A stretch of DNA of 64,000 nt from a virus (Duplodnaviria > Caudoviricetes), in the IMG/VR virus record IMGVR_UViG_3300021197_001026, positions 1,048-65,047 of that record. One strand, written 5' to 3'. The first letter of the stretch is position 1; every line of letters starts with the position of its first letter. A program made the position numbers and the translations under genes. This document shows positions 53,762 through 61,652 of the stretch, piece by piece. The notes beneath the pieces were generated by a model, which was given only the letters and a program-made list of their open reading frames with translations, had not been told where the DNA came from and made no database searches.

Positions 53762-54646
53762 CTACGCTCCGTATCTATACGTGGGAGGTGATATCTTGAA
53801 GGACGCACGATCTCGGTCCTCCTCCATGGCGCGTATCATCTCTTCTTCATAAACTGCTTTTAGCATCGTCATCATCTGTGGATTTTTTTTCATCGACAGG
53901 TAATAAGCTAGTCCCGCCGCTAAACACGGGTAAAAACGAAACGGCACATCCACGGTATTCGTGAAGGCGTCTGCGTCTTCGATCCGAGTCAGACGATTGA
54001 ACTTCAGTATGTCCGTGCTGTTGTCCGGCACCGGCCAAATTTTCAGTACCGGGGTAATTTGCCTATCAAGAAAAAATTGATTAGGTCGGCCCGTCTGCGT
54101 TTTGGTAGGTATGTTCAAAAACTCTGATCGACTCAAACGGTCAATCGCAAAATCTGTGCCGTCACGGGTTACGACCGTTGACAATATGTCAATCGTGGAT
54201 TGCACGTCCGATAGATCTTGAACAGCCGAAACAGTGGTAGTGGCGGCGCTGGTGCCTCCCGTAATCGTTTCACCGTTAGAGAAAGTACCGACCGGGATCG
54301 TTGTGGCCACAGAGGTAGTTGTAGGCTTACTAGTGATTGACGCCGTGGCGGCGCTGGTGCCCCCAGTTATCGTCTCTCCGACCGTAAAACTAGCGGAAGC
54401 ACCGACTGACAAAGTGAGAGTTCCCGCCGGGTATTCGCTAACACCCGACGCAACCGTGATAGAGGTTTGATCAATCGTCCACTGATTCAGGCCCCTGTTT
54501 GCCCAATCAGCAAACAACAAGTTCATAGATCTTTTTGCCGTTTTCAGGTCGTAGCCGGTCCTAAGCTCTAGTCCGCAACGCTCAAACGCTTCTTCAATGT
54601 ACTCGGCTACATCAATCTCAAAATTTTTGCTGCTACTCGTTGTCAT
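53762..54646 (-). CDS. Head-tail adaptor, module B, with ~70-aa insertion
   Basis: Homolog of 838-1530; the insertion contains GETITGGTSAAT twice. Confidence 0.65.
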   Translation of the reverse strand: MTTSSSKNFEIDVAEYIEEAFERCGLELRTGYDLKTAKRSMNLLFADWANRGLNQWTIDQTSITVASGVSEYPAGTLTLSVGASASFTVGETITGGTSAATASITSKPTTTSVATTIPVGTFSNGETITGGTSAATTTVSAVQDLSDVQSTIDILSTVVTRDGTDFAIDRLSRSEFLNIPTKTQTGRPNQFFLDRQITPVLKIWPVPDNSTDILKFNRLTRIEDADAFTNTVDVPFRFYPCLAAGLAYYLSMKKNPQMMTMLKAVYEEEMIRAMEEDRDRASFKISPPTYRYGA

Positions 54647-55310
54647 TGTATAAGTTATCGAATACACGGTTCACATCAAGCACGTAGTCTAAATCAGACT
54701 TCGAGTAATGTATGTGCGCCGAAGGCTTAAAATCTGGAGCGCCTGTACCCGTTTCAAACCATGCTGGGTGCGTTACTCGTACCCGGTTGTTTGGTAATGC
54801 AACGATGTTACCTGTCCACTCCCCCGCATCTAAAAGTTGCAGCACGTGACTTTGTTTGTGCTGTGCTGGGTCATCCGCAATTTCACTCTCAGTATAGTCT
54901 ACTGTGAAAAGGTATTTCGCTGGATACATTTCTCCAGCAATTTTTGCCATCCAAGGGCATGGCGTTGCACGATCTAAGACATAAACAGCGTGATAGTGAG
55001 AAGAACAATCCCAAGGCTGGGCGTCATGTACCGCCATCGGCGCGGGCCATTCTTCCAACGGGATGTCCGCAACAAGAGCGGTGATCGGCATTCTTGCCCA
55101 CATCGCTCCTCCGTGTACGGTGTCCTCTTCTTCACCATCGGCCTCTATGCCCGTAAAGATCATCTGAAAACTCAGGCATCTGCAAGGCATCGTTGTGACG
55201 CCTATGGCCATGGCGTGTAAAAACTCGCCATGATATCCCTCGTGATTATGTGTAAATTCTTTTCGCACCCAGCACTTAAAGTGCGGAATGTTAGATTGAA
55301 GGTATGGCAT
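54633..55310 (-). CDS. Conserved phage protein of unknown function
   Basis: Close homolog of 10162-10860. Confidence 0.8.
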   Translation of the reverse strand: MPYLQSNIPHFKCWVRKEFTHNHEGYHGEFLHAMAIGVTTMPCRCLSFQMIFTGIEADGEEEDTVHGGAMWARMPITALVADIPLEEWPAPMAVHDAQPWDCSSHYHAVYVLDRATPCPWMAKIAGEMYPAKYLFTVDYTESEIADDPAQHKQSHVLQLLDAGEWTGNIVALPNNRVRVTHPAWFETGTGAPDFKPSAHIHYSKSDLDYVLDVNRVFDNLYNDNE

Positions 55311-55313
55311 ATT

Positions 55314-55586
55314 TTATTTGCTTACCTTACCACCTTGGCGATAGCCCTTAGATTTCATTTTGGACACCTTGCCGCCATTTTTCATGCCCTTGGACTTCAT
55401 CATGGCACCGCCATTTTTCATGCCCTTGGACTTCATCATGGCACCGCCATTTTTCATGCCTTTAGACTTCATCATGGCACCACCGTTGGCCATACCCTTG
55501 CTTTTCATCGCAGGCGCTTTTTTAGTGGCTTTTTTCTTAGCTGTTTTCTTTTTTGGGGCACCGTTGCCCAGATTTACGACAGACAT
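55314..55586 (-). CDS. Basic protein with 12-aa tandem repeats (AMMKSKGMKNGG)
   Basis: 36-bp in-frame tandem repeats at about 55372-55510. Confidence 0.7.
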   Translation of the reverse strand: MSVVNLGNGAPKKKTAKKKATKKAPAMKSKGMANGGAMMKSKGMKNGGAMMKSKGMKNGGAMMKSKGMKNGGKVSKMKSKGYRQGGKVSK

Positions 55587-55593
55587 ATATACC

Positions 55594-55920
55594 TCACAGG
55601 TACTTAGTTTTCTTTCTGCGGTTCTCTAGTACAGCCCCGCACCCTCTAGCAATTTCTTGTCGGACCTCTCCGCCCGCGTTCATGTTTTTGACCGTCGCCC
55701 GCTTGGTGTTTTTGACAACGGTCTTGCCTTTTTTGCCTTCCCTTTTCTTCTTGCGTGCAGTCGCGGCTCTCTCTGCTTTCGTCAAAGATCGTGCCTTGGA
55801 CTCAGGCAAACAGCGATCTGGCATTTTCTTATCCGGGGACGTGCCACATTTGCCGACAATATTTCCTTCGCTGTCGATACGAACCCAGTTTTGTTTCAAC
55901 CACTTTTTTAATTCACCCAT
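55594..55920 (-). CDS. Small Lys-rich protein
   Basis: Related to 2239-2493; MNAGG and ARGCG motifs. Confidence 0.7.
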   Translation of the reverse strand: MGELKKWLKQNWVRIDSEGNIVGKCGTSPDKKMPDRCLPESKARSLTKAERAATARKKKREGKKGKTVVKNTKRATVKNMNAGGEVRQEIARGCGAVLENRRKKTKYL

Positions 55921-56147
55921 CAGCGACCTTTTCTTTTGCCGCCTTTAGACTTTTTGGCGTAGTTGGGATCTTTGCAATACTTACTTGCAGCAAGATTGGC
56001 GTAAGCAGACGGATAAGTATCAAACGTTCGCTTCGCCCAAGCTTTACCTTCCGGGCAAATCTTACTGCCTTTGCTTTTTTTGGACGCTGCACCACCTTTC
56101 CGGTAGTAACTAAGCCCTTTTGGCATACTAGCTCGTGTCATTACCAT
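55920..56147 (-). CDS. Small basic protein (YPSAYAN)
   Basis: Coupled ORF. Confidence 0.65.
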   Translation of the reverse strand: MVMTRASMPKGLSYYRKGGAASKKSKGSKICPEGKAWAKRTFDTYPSAYANLAASKYCKDPNYAKKSKGGKRKGR

Positions 56148-56425
56148 GCCTTACAAGACCAATATCTTGCCGAAAATTTATCTTTTGCCGTATCACACTT
56201 GTGCCTAGCGCGAAAATTAGCCCGTCTGCCGGGCTGATCTTTTTTGATCGACATCTTCGGATCACCAAACCTAACCAGCTTGATTTCACTACCTTTTTTA
56301 GCAAGAACAGCACTTTTCTTGGTCTTACCGGGCGTTCTTTTTGGCTTGTTAAAACCAGCAAACGTCTCACCACGGTATTTGATGCGACCAGATGGAAGTC
56401 TTTTAGCGTCCTTGGTTGTTGCCAT
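56141..56425 (-). CDS. Small Lys-rich protein (RFGD)
   Basis: Homolog of 1910-2242. Confidence 0.75.
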   Translation of the reverse strand: MATTKDAKRLPSGRIKYRGETFAGFNKPKRTPGKTKKSAVLAKKGSEIKLVRFGDPKMSIKKDQPGRRANFRARHKCDTAKDKFSARYWSCKAW

Positions 56426-56442
56426 TCAAAAGTTCCTTATAC

Positions 56443-57060
56443 CTAAGCATGAAAAACTGTCAGGGTTAAAAAAGAAGACACGGTGTATTGCAAATAAATC
56501 CCATCCGTAAACAAGATGCCGTTTTCCGGGATTACTACATCACGCGTTGCGGTTGCAGAGGCGACAGAACTGATCTTCATTAGACTCGTTCCAGCAGTGG
56601 AGGTATTAATAAAATCAATAGTCCCCGCCGTCGCGGTGCTAGTAAGGAAAGCGCCTTTCAAACGTGATCTACCCGAAAACACAATGCTTGAGGAATCCGC
56701 ACTGATACCGGCCTTTACGTTGCCCGCTGGGTCACCGACCGCTGTAATAGACGTGATCGTCAGAAAAAACTTTGAACTAGTGGCAACGCCTGCGTTTGCG
56801 CCAGTAAGAGACTCTGTCTGCGCGGTACCATTTATATCAGTGCCTACGATGGTGAAAGATATTTCATCATCATCTCCAGCCGAAGTAATAGTGACCTTAC
56901 GGGCATTGCTCAACGTTACAGATCCGCCGTCAGCCAAAGCTCCGCCGATAGTGAGTGCGGCGTTGTTTCCAACAGCGGCATCCGCAGAAATACCGTTGTC
57001 ATCCGCCGCCAGAGTGTCTGCGGTTATGGTGACCGCAATTACATCAGAAGCTCCAGACAT
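56443..57060 (-). CDS. Putative virion structural protein
   Basis: T/A/G-rich beta protein in the cluster following MCP. Confidence 0.65.
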   Translation of the reverse strand: MSGASDVIAVTITADTLAADDNGISADAAVGNNAALTIGGALADGGSVTLSNARKVTITSAGDDDEISFTIVGTDINGTAQTESLTGANAGVATSSKFFLTITSITAVGDPAGNVKAGISADSSSIVFSGRSRLKGAFLTSTATAGTIDFINTSTAGTSLMKISSVASATATRDVVIPENGILFTDGIYLQYTVSSFLTLTVFHA

Positions 57061-57072
57061 AACGTTCTCCTA

Positions 57073-57621
57073 TTACGCGATCTGCACGTATTCAATAATG
57101 AACGTAAAAGAACCCGCAGTGGTTGCATCAACAGTATTCGTGATGTTGCAGAAAATAGTCCTTTCAGTATCTGTATATTGAACAGAAGCAGGAGCGGTAG
57201 TGCCGCTTTGCGTCTGAGCAACTAAAGTAGTCGTTGTAACGTTGTGTACGACAACAGTTGTGCCGCCGTCCAAAATCTCATCAGTCACCGCCGCAACAAT
57301 CTGTGCGCCAGAAGAAGATGTACCAACTTCATAACCAATGTCACCCGTACCAATAACTGGTGCAGTGTCGCAGAAGATCTTAATGTCGGTAATAATCGTG
57401 TTTGCAGGCTGCGTGAACTGACCAATGGTCGGACTGTCACCCGCCGTAGTGTTGACCGTTACACCTGTAGCAAAGCCAACGTGCTTCACATATTTGTTTG
57501 TAACGATGCCAGTAGAAGCTGTGTTCGCTACCGTTGTGAAAGCGCCGGTTGTTGCATTTTTAGAGACAACTTGAAAGCCGCCTTCGGAACGCACTGGTCC
57601 TGTAAAAGTTGTATTCGCCAT
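57073..57621 (-). CDS. Putative capsid decoration/head fibre protein, module B
   Basis: MANTTFTGPVRSE N-terminus as in 3103-3612. Confidence 0.6.
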   Translation of the reverse strand: MANTTFTGPVRSEGGFQVVSKNATTGAFTTVANTASTGIVTNKYVKHVGFATGVTVNTTAGDSPTIGQFTQPANTIITDIKIFCDTAPVIGTGDIGYEVGTSSSGAQIVAAVTDEILDGGTTVVVHNVTTTTLVAQTQSGTTAPASVQYTDTERTIFCNITNTVDATTAGSFTFIIEYVQIA

Positions 57622-57688
57622 GAGTATCTCCTGTCTTGGCTAGTGTCAGGCGCGGTATGCACCTGTCAGGGATTGTTTGAATATACAC

Positions 57689-57723
57689 AAAAAAGAAAGG
57701 GGCAACAATGTGCCCCTTCTTTT
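57689..57723 (-). terminator. Intrinsic (bidirectional-looking) terminator after MCP-B
   Basis: AAAAGAAGGGGCA-CATTGT-TGCCCCTTTCTTTTTT. Confidence 0.8.
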
Positions 57724-57741
57724 CCACAAGTTTTTACAAAC

Positions 57742-58647
57742 TTATGCGCCGGGAGTTCCGATAACGGATCTCCAATCAGAAACGCCAAACGAGTAACGTT
57801 CACGCGCTTTAAAGCGCATGTTACCCGTATCAAAGTCGCCTTCCATCGCAGTTTTGATGGGGGTTCTTTGAAACAGCTTGAAGCCGTTTGGTGCGTCTGT
57901 CTTGACGAAGAACGCGTCTGTGTCCGTCAGGAAGTGGTTTACAACCGCTCCTTCGGGCAGCATGCCCATAGACTTCAGCGCGTTGGTGTCATTGTCGGCA
58001 GTGCCGGGACGCAGTGCTGAGTTCAAAACTCGCTCTGCAATAAACTGCAATTCTTTTGGAATGATTAACTTCATTCCGCGAACAGCAATTTTTAAGCCCC
58101 GCTCATCGGTAAAGCCAGCAATATCAATCAACATCTGCTCTAGAGACGTTTCATTGAGATCGGAGGCAGTGGCCAGTACGTTCGTCTGATCTCCCGAAAT
58201 AGACGGGTGATCTGCTGCACACAAAGCCGAACCGTCACCGATTGGGCTACCAGTGCTGAACGCATTGTTCAGTACGCTAGCCGCACGGATCTGCTTGGTT
58301 TGTGACATAGAACGCGCCAGCGCACGAGTATACCGTGCAGCCAACTTGTCATAGAGGTTATCTTCGATAGCTTCCTCGGTGATTGAAAAAGCCAACGCTA
58401 TTGTCTCGTGCGAATATCGTGCAGTGTATGTTTCCTGCGCGGAATCGAATGAGATTGCGCCGCCTTCTGATTTCACAGGGGCAGTACCAAAGCCCGAAAG
58501 CATGACTTCTTCTTCAAACGCGCGGTCTGAAGTTTCTTCGTCAAATATTTCGGCGTGTTCCTGATCGTAACGATCATATTCCAGCCCGAACAATGCATTT
58601 AGTCCGGGTTCTAGCTCTTTCGCTAATTGAGCGCGAGTAATAGCCAT
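57742..58647 (-). CDS. Major capsid protein, module B
   Basis: Collinear diverged homolog of 3706-4614. Confidence 0.9.
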   Translation of the reverse strand: MAITRAQLAKELEPGLNALFGLEYDRYDQEHAEIFDEETSDRAFEEEVMLSGFGTAPVKSEGGAISFDSAQETYTARYSHETIALAFSITEEAIEDNLYDKLAARYTRALARSMSQTKQIRAASVLNNAFSTGSPIGDGSALCAADHPSISGDQTNVLATASDLNETSLEQMLIDIAGFTDERGLKIAVRGMKLIIPKELQFIAERVLNSALRPGTADNDTNALKSMGMLPEGAVVNHFLTDTDAFFVKTDAPNGFKLFQRTPIKTAMEGDFDTGNMRFKARERYSFGVSDWRSVIGTPGA

Positions 58648-58660
58648 TTAGATTCTCCCG

Positions 58661-59311
58661 TTAAATGCCAGTTGTGGTGGCAGTGGTTTGTGAATCGAAA
58701 CGCGCATTCGGAGAGTTGTAGTGTGCATTAATTCGCACAATCAACGGAATACCGGCTGCTGTAAAATCACTGTTGGCGTCGTCATCGACGATACCCATGA
58801 TCTTCAGCGGCAGTGTAGCCGTAGTTGCGATTGTAGACACACCCAACGCTGAGTTTGAGCGTCCGGTATCCGTGCTGCCGGTCCGTGCTGACGTACCAAG
58901 GCTTGCGTTAGCAAAGACTGCGGTCAGAGCGGTTGCTCTAGACGTAATCGTTGCATCGGTCGCTACTTGGAAAGTTTGCATTGGATTATCTGCAACGAGT
59001 GCTTTGACAGGAAAATTCGTGTCAACGCTCACGCTGTTAGATCCGGGCCAATAGTTTATAAAGACGGGCTTTTTCGATACAGAATCTACATATTCAACAC
59101 CCATCAACACACCTAGCGCAGCCGTTGTACCACCGTCAGTGGCACCAGCTTGATCGATCACACCAGCAGCCGTAGGTACTACGATGCTGAATTGAAAGAT
59201 AGCGTTAGTGTTGTTGCTAGCAATCTCATATTGAGTAATGCCGGTTGAATTAGCAGAAGCTCCTACCAATCCGATAGGTCGAAGCCCGTAAGCGGTTTCT
59301 TGATTTGCCAT
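58661..59311 (-). CDS. Putative capsid cement protein, module B
   Basis: Homolog of 4628-5215. Confidence 0.6.
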   Translation of the reverse strand: MANQETAYGLRPIGLVGASANSTGITQYEIASNNTNAIFQFSIVVPTAAGVIDQAGATDGGTTAALGVLMGVEYVDSVSKKPVFINYWPGSNSVSVDTNFPVKALVADNPMQTFQVATDATITSRATALTAVFANASLGTSARTGSTDTGRSNSALGVSTIATTATLPLKIMGIVDDDANSDFTAAGIPLIVRINAHYNSPNARFDSQTTATTTGI

Positions 59312-59328
59312 GTTTTGCTCCTAAAAGC

Positions 59329-59814
59329 TTACTTACGAGGACCACCAAAAGTTACACGGGATTGACGTTCTGGTTTGTCAATCACCATAGTTGAGTGTGC
59401 ATTCTCGCGAAGAACGTCCGTTTCAATAGCTTCAATTTGATCTGCATTCTTTCTTTCAAAATATTCAGTTCGTTCTGCAACCGTTTCCAACGGGATTCTT
59501 GCCAGAAGCAACCCGCCAACACCAAACACGCCTTCATATTTCCCTGATTCAATAGTAGGTGCCTCAAAATCCGGGTATTCATCGCGTCGAACAAGCTCAT
59601 AGCCCTCTCGCATACGAGAAGAAATATTCGTCCTGTCCTCAAATCCACGTACTTCCGCACGTATCCAACGATGTTTGAACCCTTCTGGCGCAGGGGGCGC
59701 GTCTAGTTTAGACGGTGGACTCCACGGTTTTCTTTTTACCTGTGTAGCCCGTGATGATTTAGCGCGGGAAGTTCTCTTGATAGCATCAATTTCATCTTGT
59801 TGATTATCCGTCAT
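59329..59814 (-). CDS. Conserved head-module protein, module B
   Basis: Homolog of 5256-5708. Confidence 0.7.
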   Translation of the reverse strand: MTDNQQDEIDAIKRTSRAKSSRATQVKRKPWSPPSKLDAPPAPEGFKHRWIRAEVRGFEDRTNISSRMREGYELVRRDEYPDFEAPTIESGKYEGVFGVGGLLLARIPLETVAERTEYFERKNADQIEAIETDVLRENAHSTMVIDKPERQSRVTFGGPRK

Positions 59815-60743
59815 TGTCCTTCCTTCACGTATTTCGCGTACTCTTCGAGTGGCACTCCCAATCTTTTGGCAATCGTTACTTGGCTCGGGGAGAGACGAAC
59901 CTTTTTGCCGCGTCCTGATGAAGACTTTCCACGGGATACACCCGCTACAGACTGACCAGAACGATTATTTCGCGACACTTCCACCGATTCATCTGGGAAT
60001 CTATGCGGGAAAGCATCTTTCATTCGTGAATCTAGCGCATCATAGTAATCATTACTAGAGGGGTCAAACCCTTCTTCCTGCACTAATTTCTTGTGTAATC
60101 CAAACGCCGCAAACGTCATCGCGTCGTCTGTACCAAACCATTCGTTTTTTGAAGCCCAATCCTCTGCCTTGGGGTCTGGGGCAGCTTGAGTGGGAGCCGG
60201 AACGTATTGTTGCTGCTCTTCTTGCTGCTGCACGTATGCCTGCTGCTGGGCAGCTTGTGCTTCTCGTTGCGCTTTAGCTTGCGCATGCTTGTCCGCAGCA
60301 ATGCTTAGTTGAGCAATTCGCTCTTGCGCCGACATTTGGCGATCTACATCACCTGTTTCAATTGCGCTTTTAAGCTCTTCTTTTGCCCTTGTTTGCTCAG
60401 AAACAACACGATGACCGTATTCTGCCAGATAATTCTGGTCTAGATTTTGGAGTCGTTGCTTTACGTTCGTGTTTTCACTTTGCACCGTTTGTGCGTAACG
60501 GAGTGCTTCTTCTCTTTCGCGCTCCGCTTCTTTTGCACGCTTGGTAAGTTGGTTTATGCGTTTTTGAACACTTTGACTGTACTTTTCATGTTCGTCATCG
60601 TCTTCAACCTGCGCAACCTGTTCTTCCGTTGCCCCCGCCTGCGCAGGCGCTTCAATCTCTACTTCTTGCGCTTCTTCATCAAAATCTAAATCCACTTGGC
60701 CGTCATCGGCCTCATGGGCAGCTTTTCCTTCACTCATCTGCAT
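59811..60743 (-). CDS. Scaffolding protein, module B
   Basis: YSQSVQKRINQL...IAKRLGVPLEEYAK. Confidence 0.7.
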   Translation of the reverse strand: MQMSEGKAAHEADDGQVDLDFDEEAQEVEIEAPAQAGATEEQVAQVEDDDEHEKYSQSVQKRINQLTKRAKEAEREREEALRYAQTVQSENTNVKQRLQNLDQNYLAEYGHRVVSEQTRAKEELKSAIETGDVDRQMSAQERIAQLSIAADKHAQAKAQREAQAAQQQAYVQQQEEQQQYVPAPTQAAPDPKAEDWASKNEWFGTDDAMTFAAFGLHKKLVQEEGFDPSSNDYYDALDSRMKDAFPHRFPDESVEVSRNNRSGQSVAGVSRGKSSSGRGKKVRLSPSQVTIAKRLGVPLEEYAKYVKEGQ

Positions 60744-60748
60744 GTCCC

Positions 60749-61195
60749 TCAGTTATGGTGTAAATCATCAGGGTCAAGAATTGTGGCTAGAATCTCATCA
60801 TCATTGAGAATCCTAACCTCACTGCCAAACCTAGCAGCGTCTTCATCATTCAAACGAAACCGTGAGCCAGCGTAGCGAGCAAAAATCACCCACTGCTTCT
60901 CTTGGCACCACGCCCCGTTTGGAAATCTTTTGCCGTCGTATGCATCAGGACCCAGACGAAGCACCAACCCTACGTTTGTTTGAATTGCATCTTCTTCTAG
61001 TGTCTTGGTGTTGAGAATAATACCGCCCTTACTACGCGTTCTGCCTTTGAAAGGCAGCAGTAATACACGCCAGCCAGTAGGCTGGGGTAATCTATCTATA
61101 ATTGCAGCGTCTATAAGAGTGGGATCAAGTACGCGCTCCTCTTCAGGAACGTATGCTTTGGAAATATCCAAAGGCTTTGTCGCATCAGTCATCAA
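60749..61195 (-). CDS. GroES-like co-chaperonin, module B
   Basis: PTGWRVL...KGGII...YAGSRF...RILNDDEILA. Confidence 0.8.
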   Translation of the reverse strand: MMTDATKPLDISKAYVPEEERVLDPTLIDAAIIDRLPQPTGWRVLLLPFKGRTRSKGGIILNTKTLEEDAIQTNVGLVLRLGPDAYDGKRFPNGAWCQEKQWVIFARYAGSRFRLNDEDAARFGSEVRILNDDEILATILDPDDLHHN

Positions 61196-61382
61196 ATGAT
61201 TCCTGTCTGTCTAGCATTTCAGAAAGTTCTACAAGCATGTAATCGCAAGCGCGAATCTCGCCCATACACTCTCTGTAATGTTCCATGTCTTTTATCCCGC
61301 CTTCCGACAAAAGTGCCGTAATTTGGGCCTTGCGATCTAGCAGCGTCCTACGAACAAACTGCACAATATCGATACCGTCCAA
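61185..61382 (-). CDS. Small conserved protein, module B
   Basis: Homolog of 7226-7426. Confidence 0.65.
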   Translation of the reverse strand: MDGIDIVQFVRRTLLDRKAQITALLSEGGIKDMEHYRECMGEIRACDYMLVELSEMLDRQESFDD

Positions 61383-61448
61383 TCAAGTATCCTCAATGTC
61401 TGACGATATCGGATATTGTCGCTTCTTTATCGCAAGAAATCAAACACC

Positions 61449-61652
61449 CTATGCACTCGTGAAGCGTGATCCCCGCTCTGCTGCACCCATGCCTCGTTTC
61501 TTGCCGGTGGTGACCTTAGCAAACATCGTATCCGGAGTTGGCTCTTCGATGGTTTGTGCGTAAGGAATGCTGCCTTGTCCTTGGATTTCGGCTTTGCCTA
61601 CAGGCTTGGGCGGCTCTTTGATCGGCCCACCCATGATTTTTACTCTGCTCAT
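61449..61652 (-). CDS. Small late protein (RGMGAA.RG..F)
   Basis: ATGA overlap with the portal stop. Confidence 0.6.
   Translation of the reverse strand: MSRVKIMGGPIKEPPKPVGKAEIQGQGSIPYAQTIEEPTPDTMFAKVTTGKKRGMGAAERGSRFTSA

Noticed and set aside
55372-55510. Second 36-nt array
   Set aside because: Near-identical in-frame repeats encoding AMMKSKGMKNGG, with synonymous changes, no variable spacers and no adjacent Nop protein.
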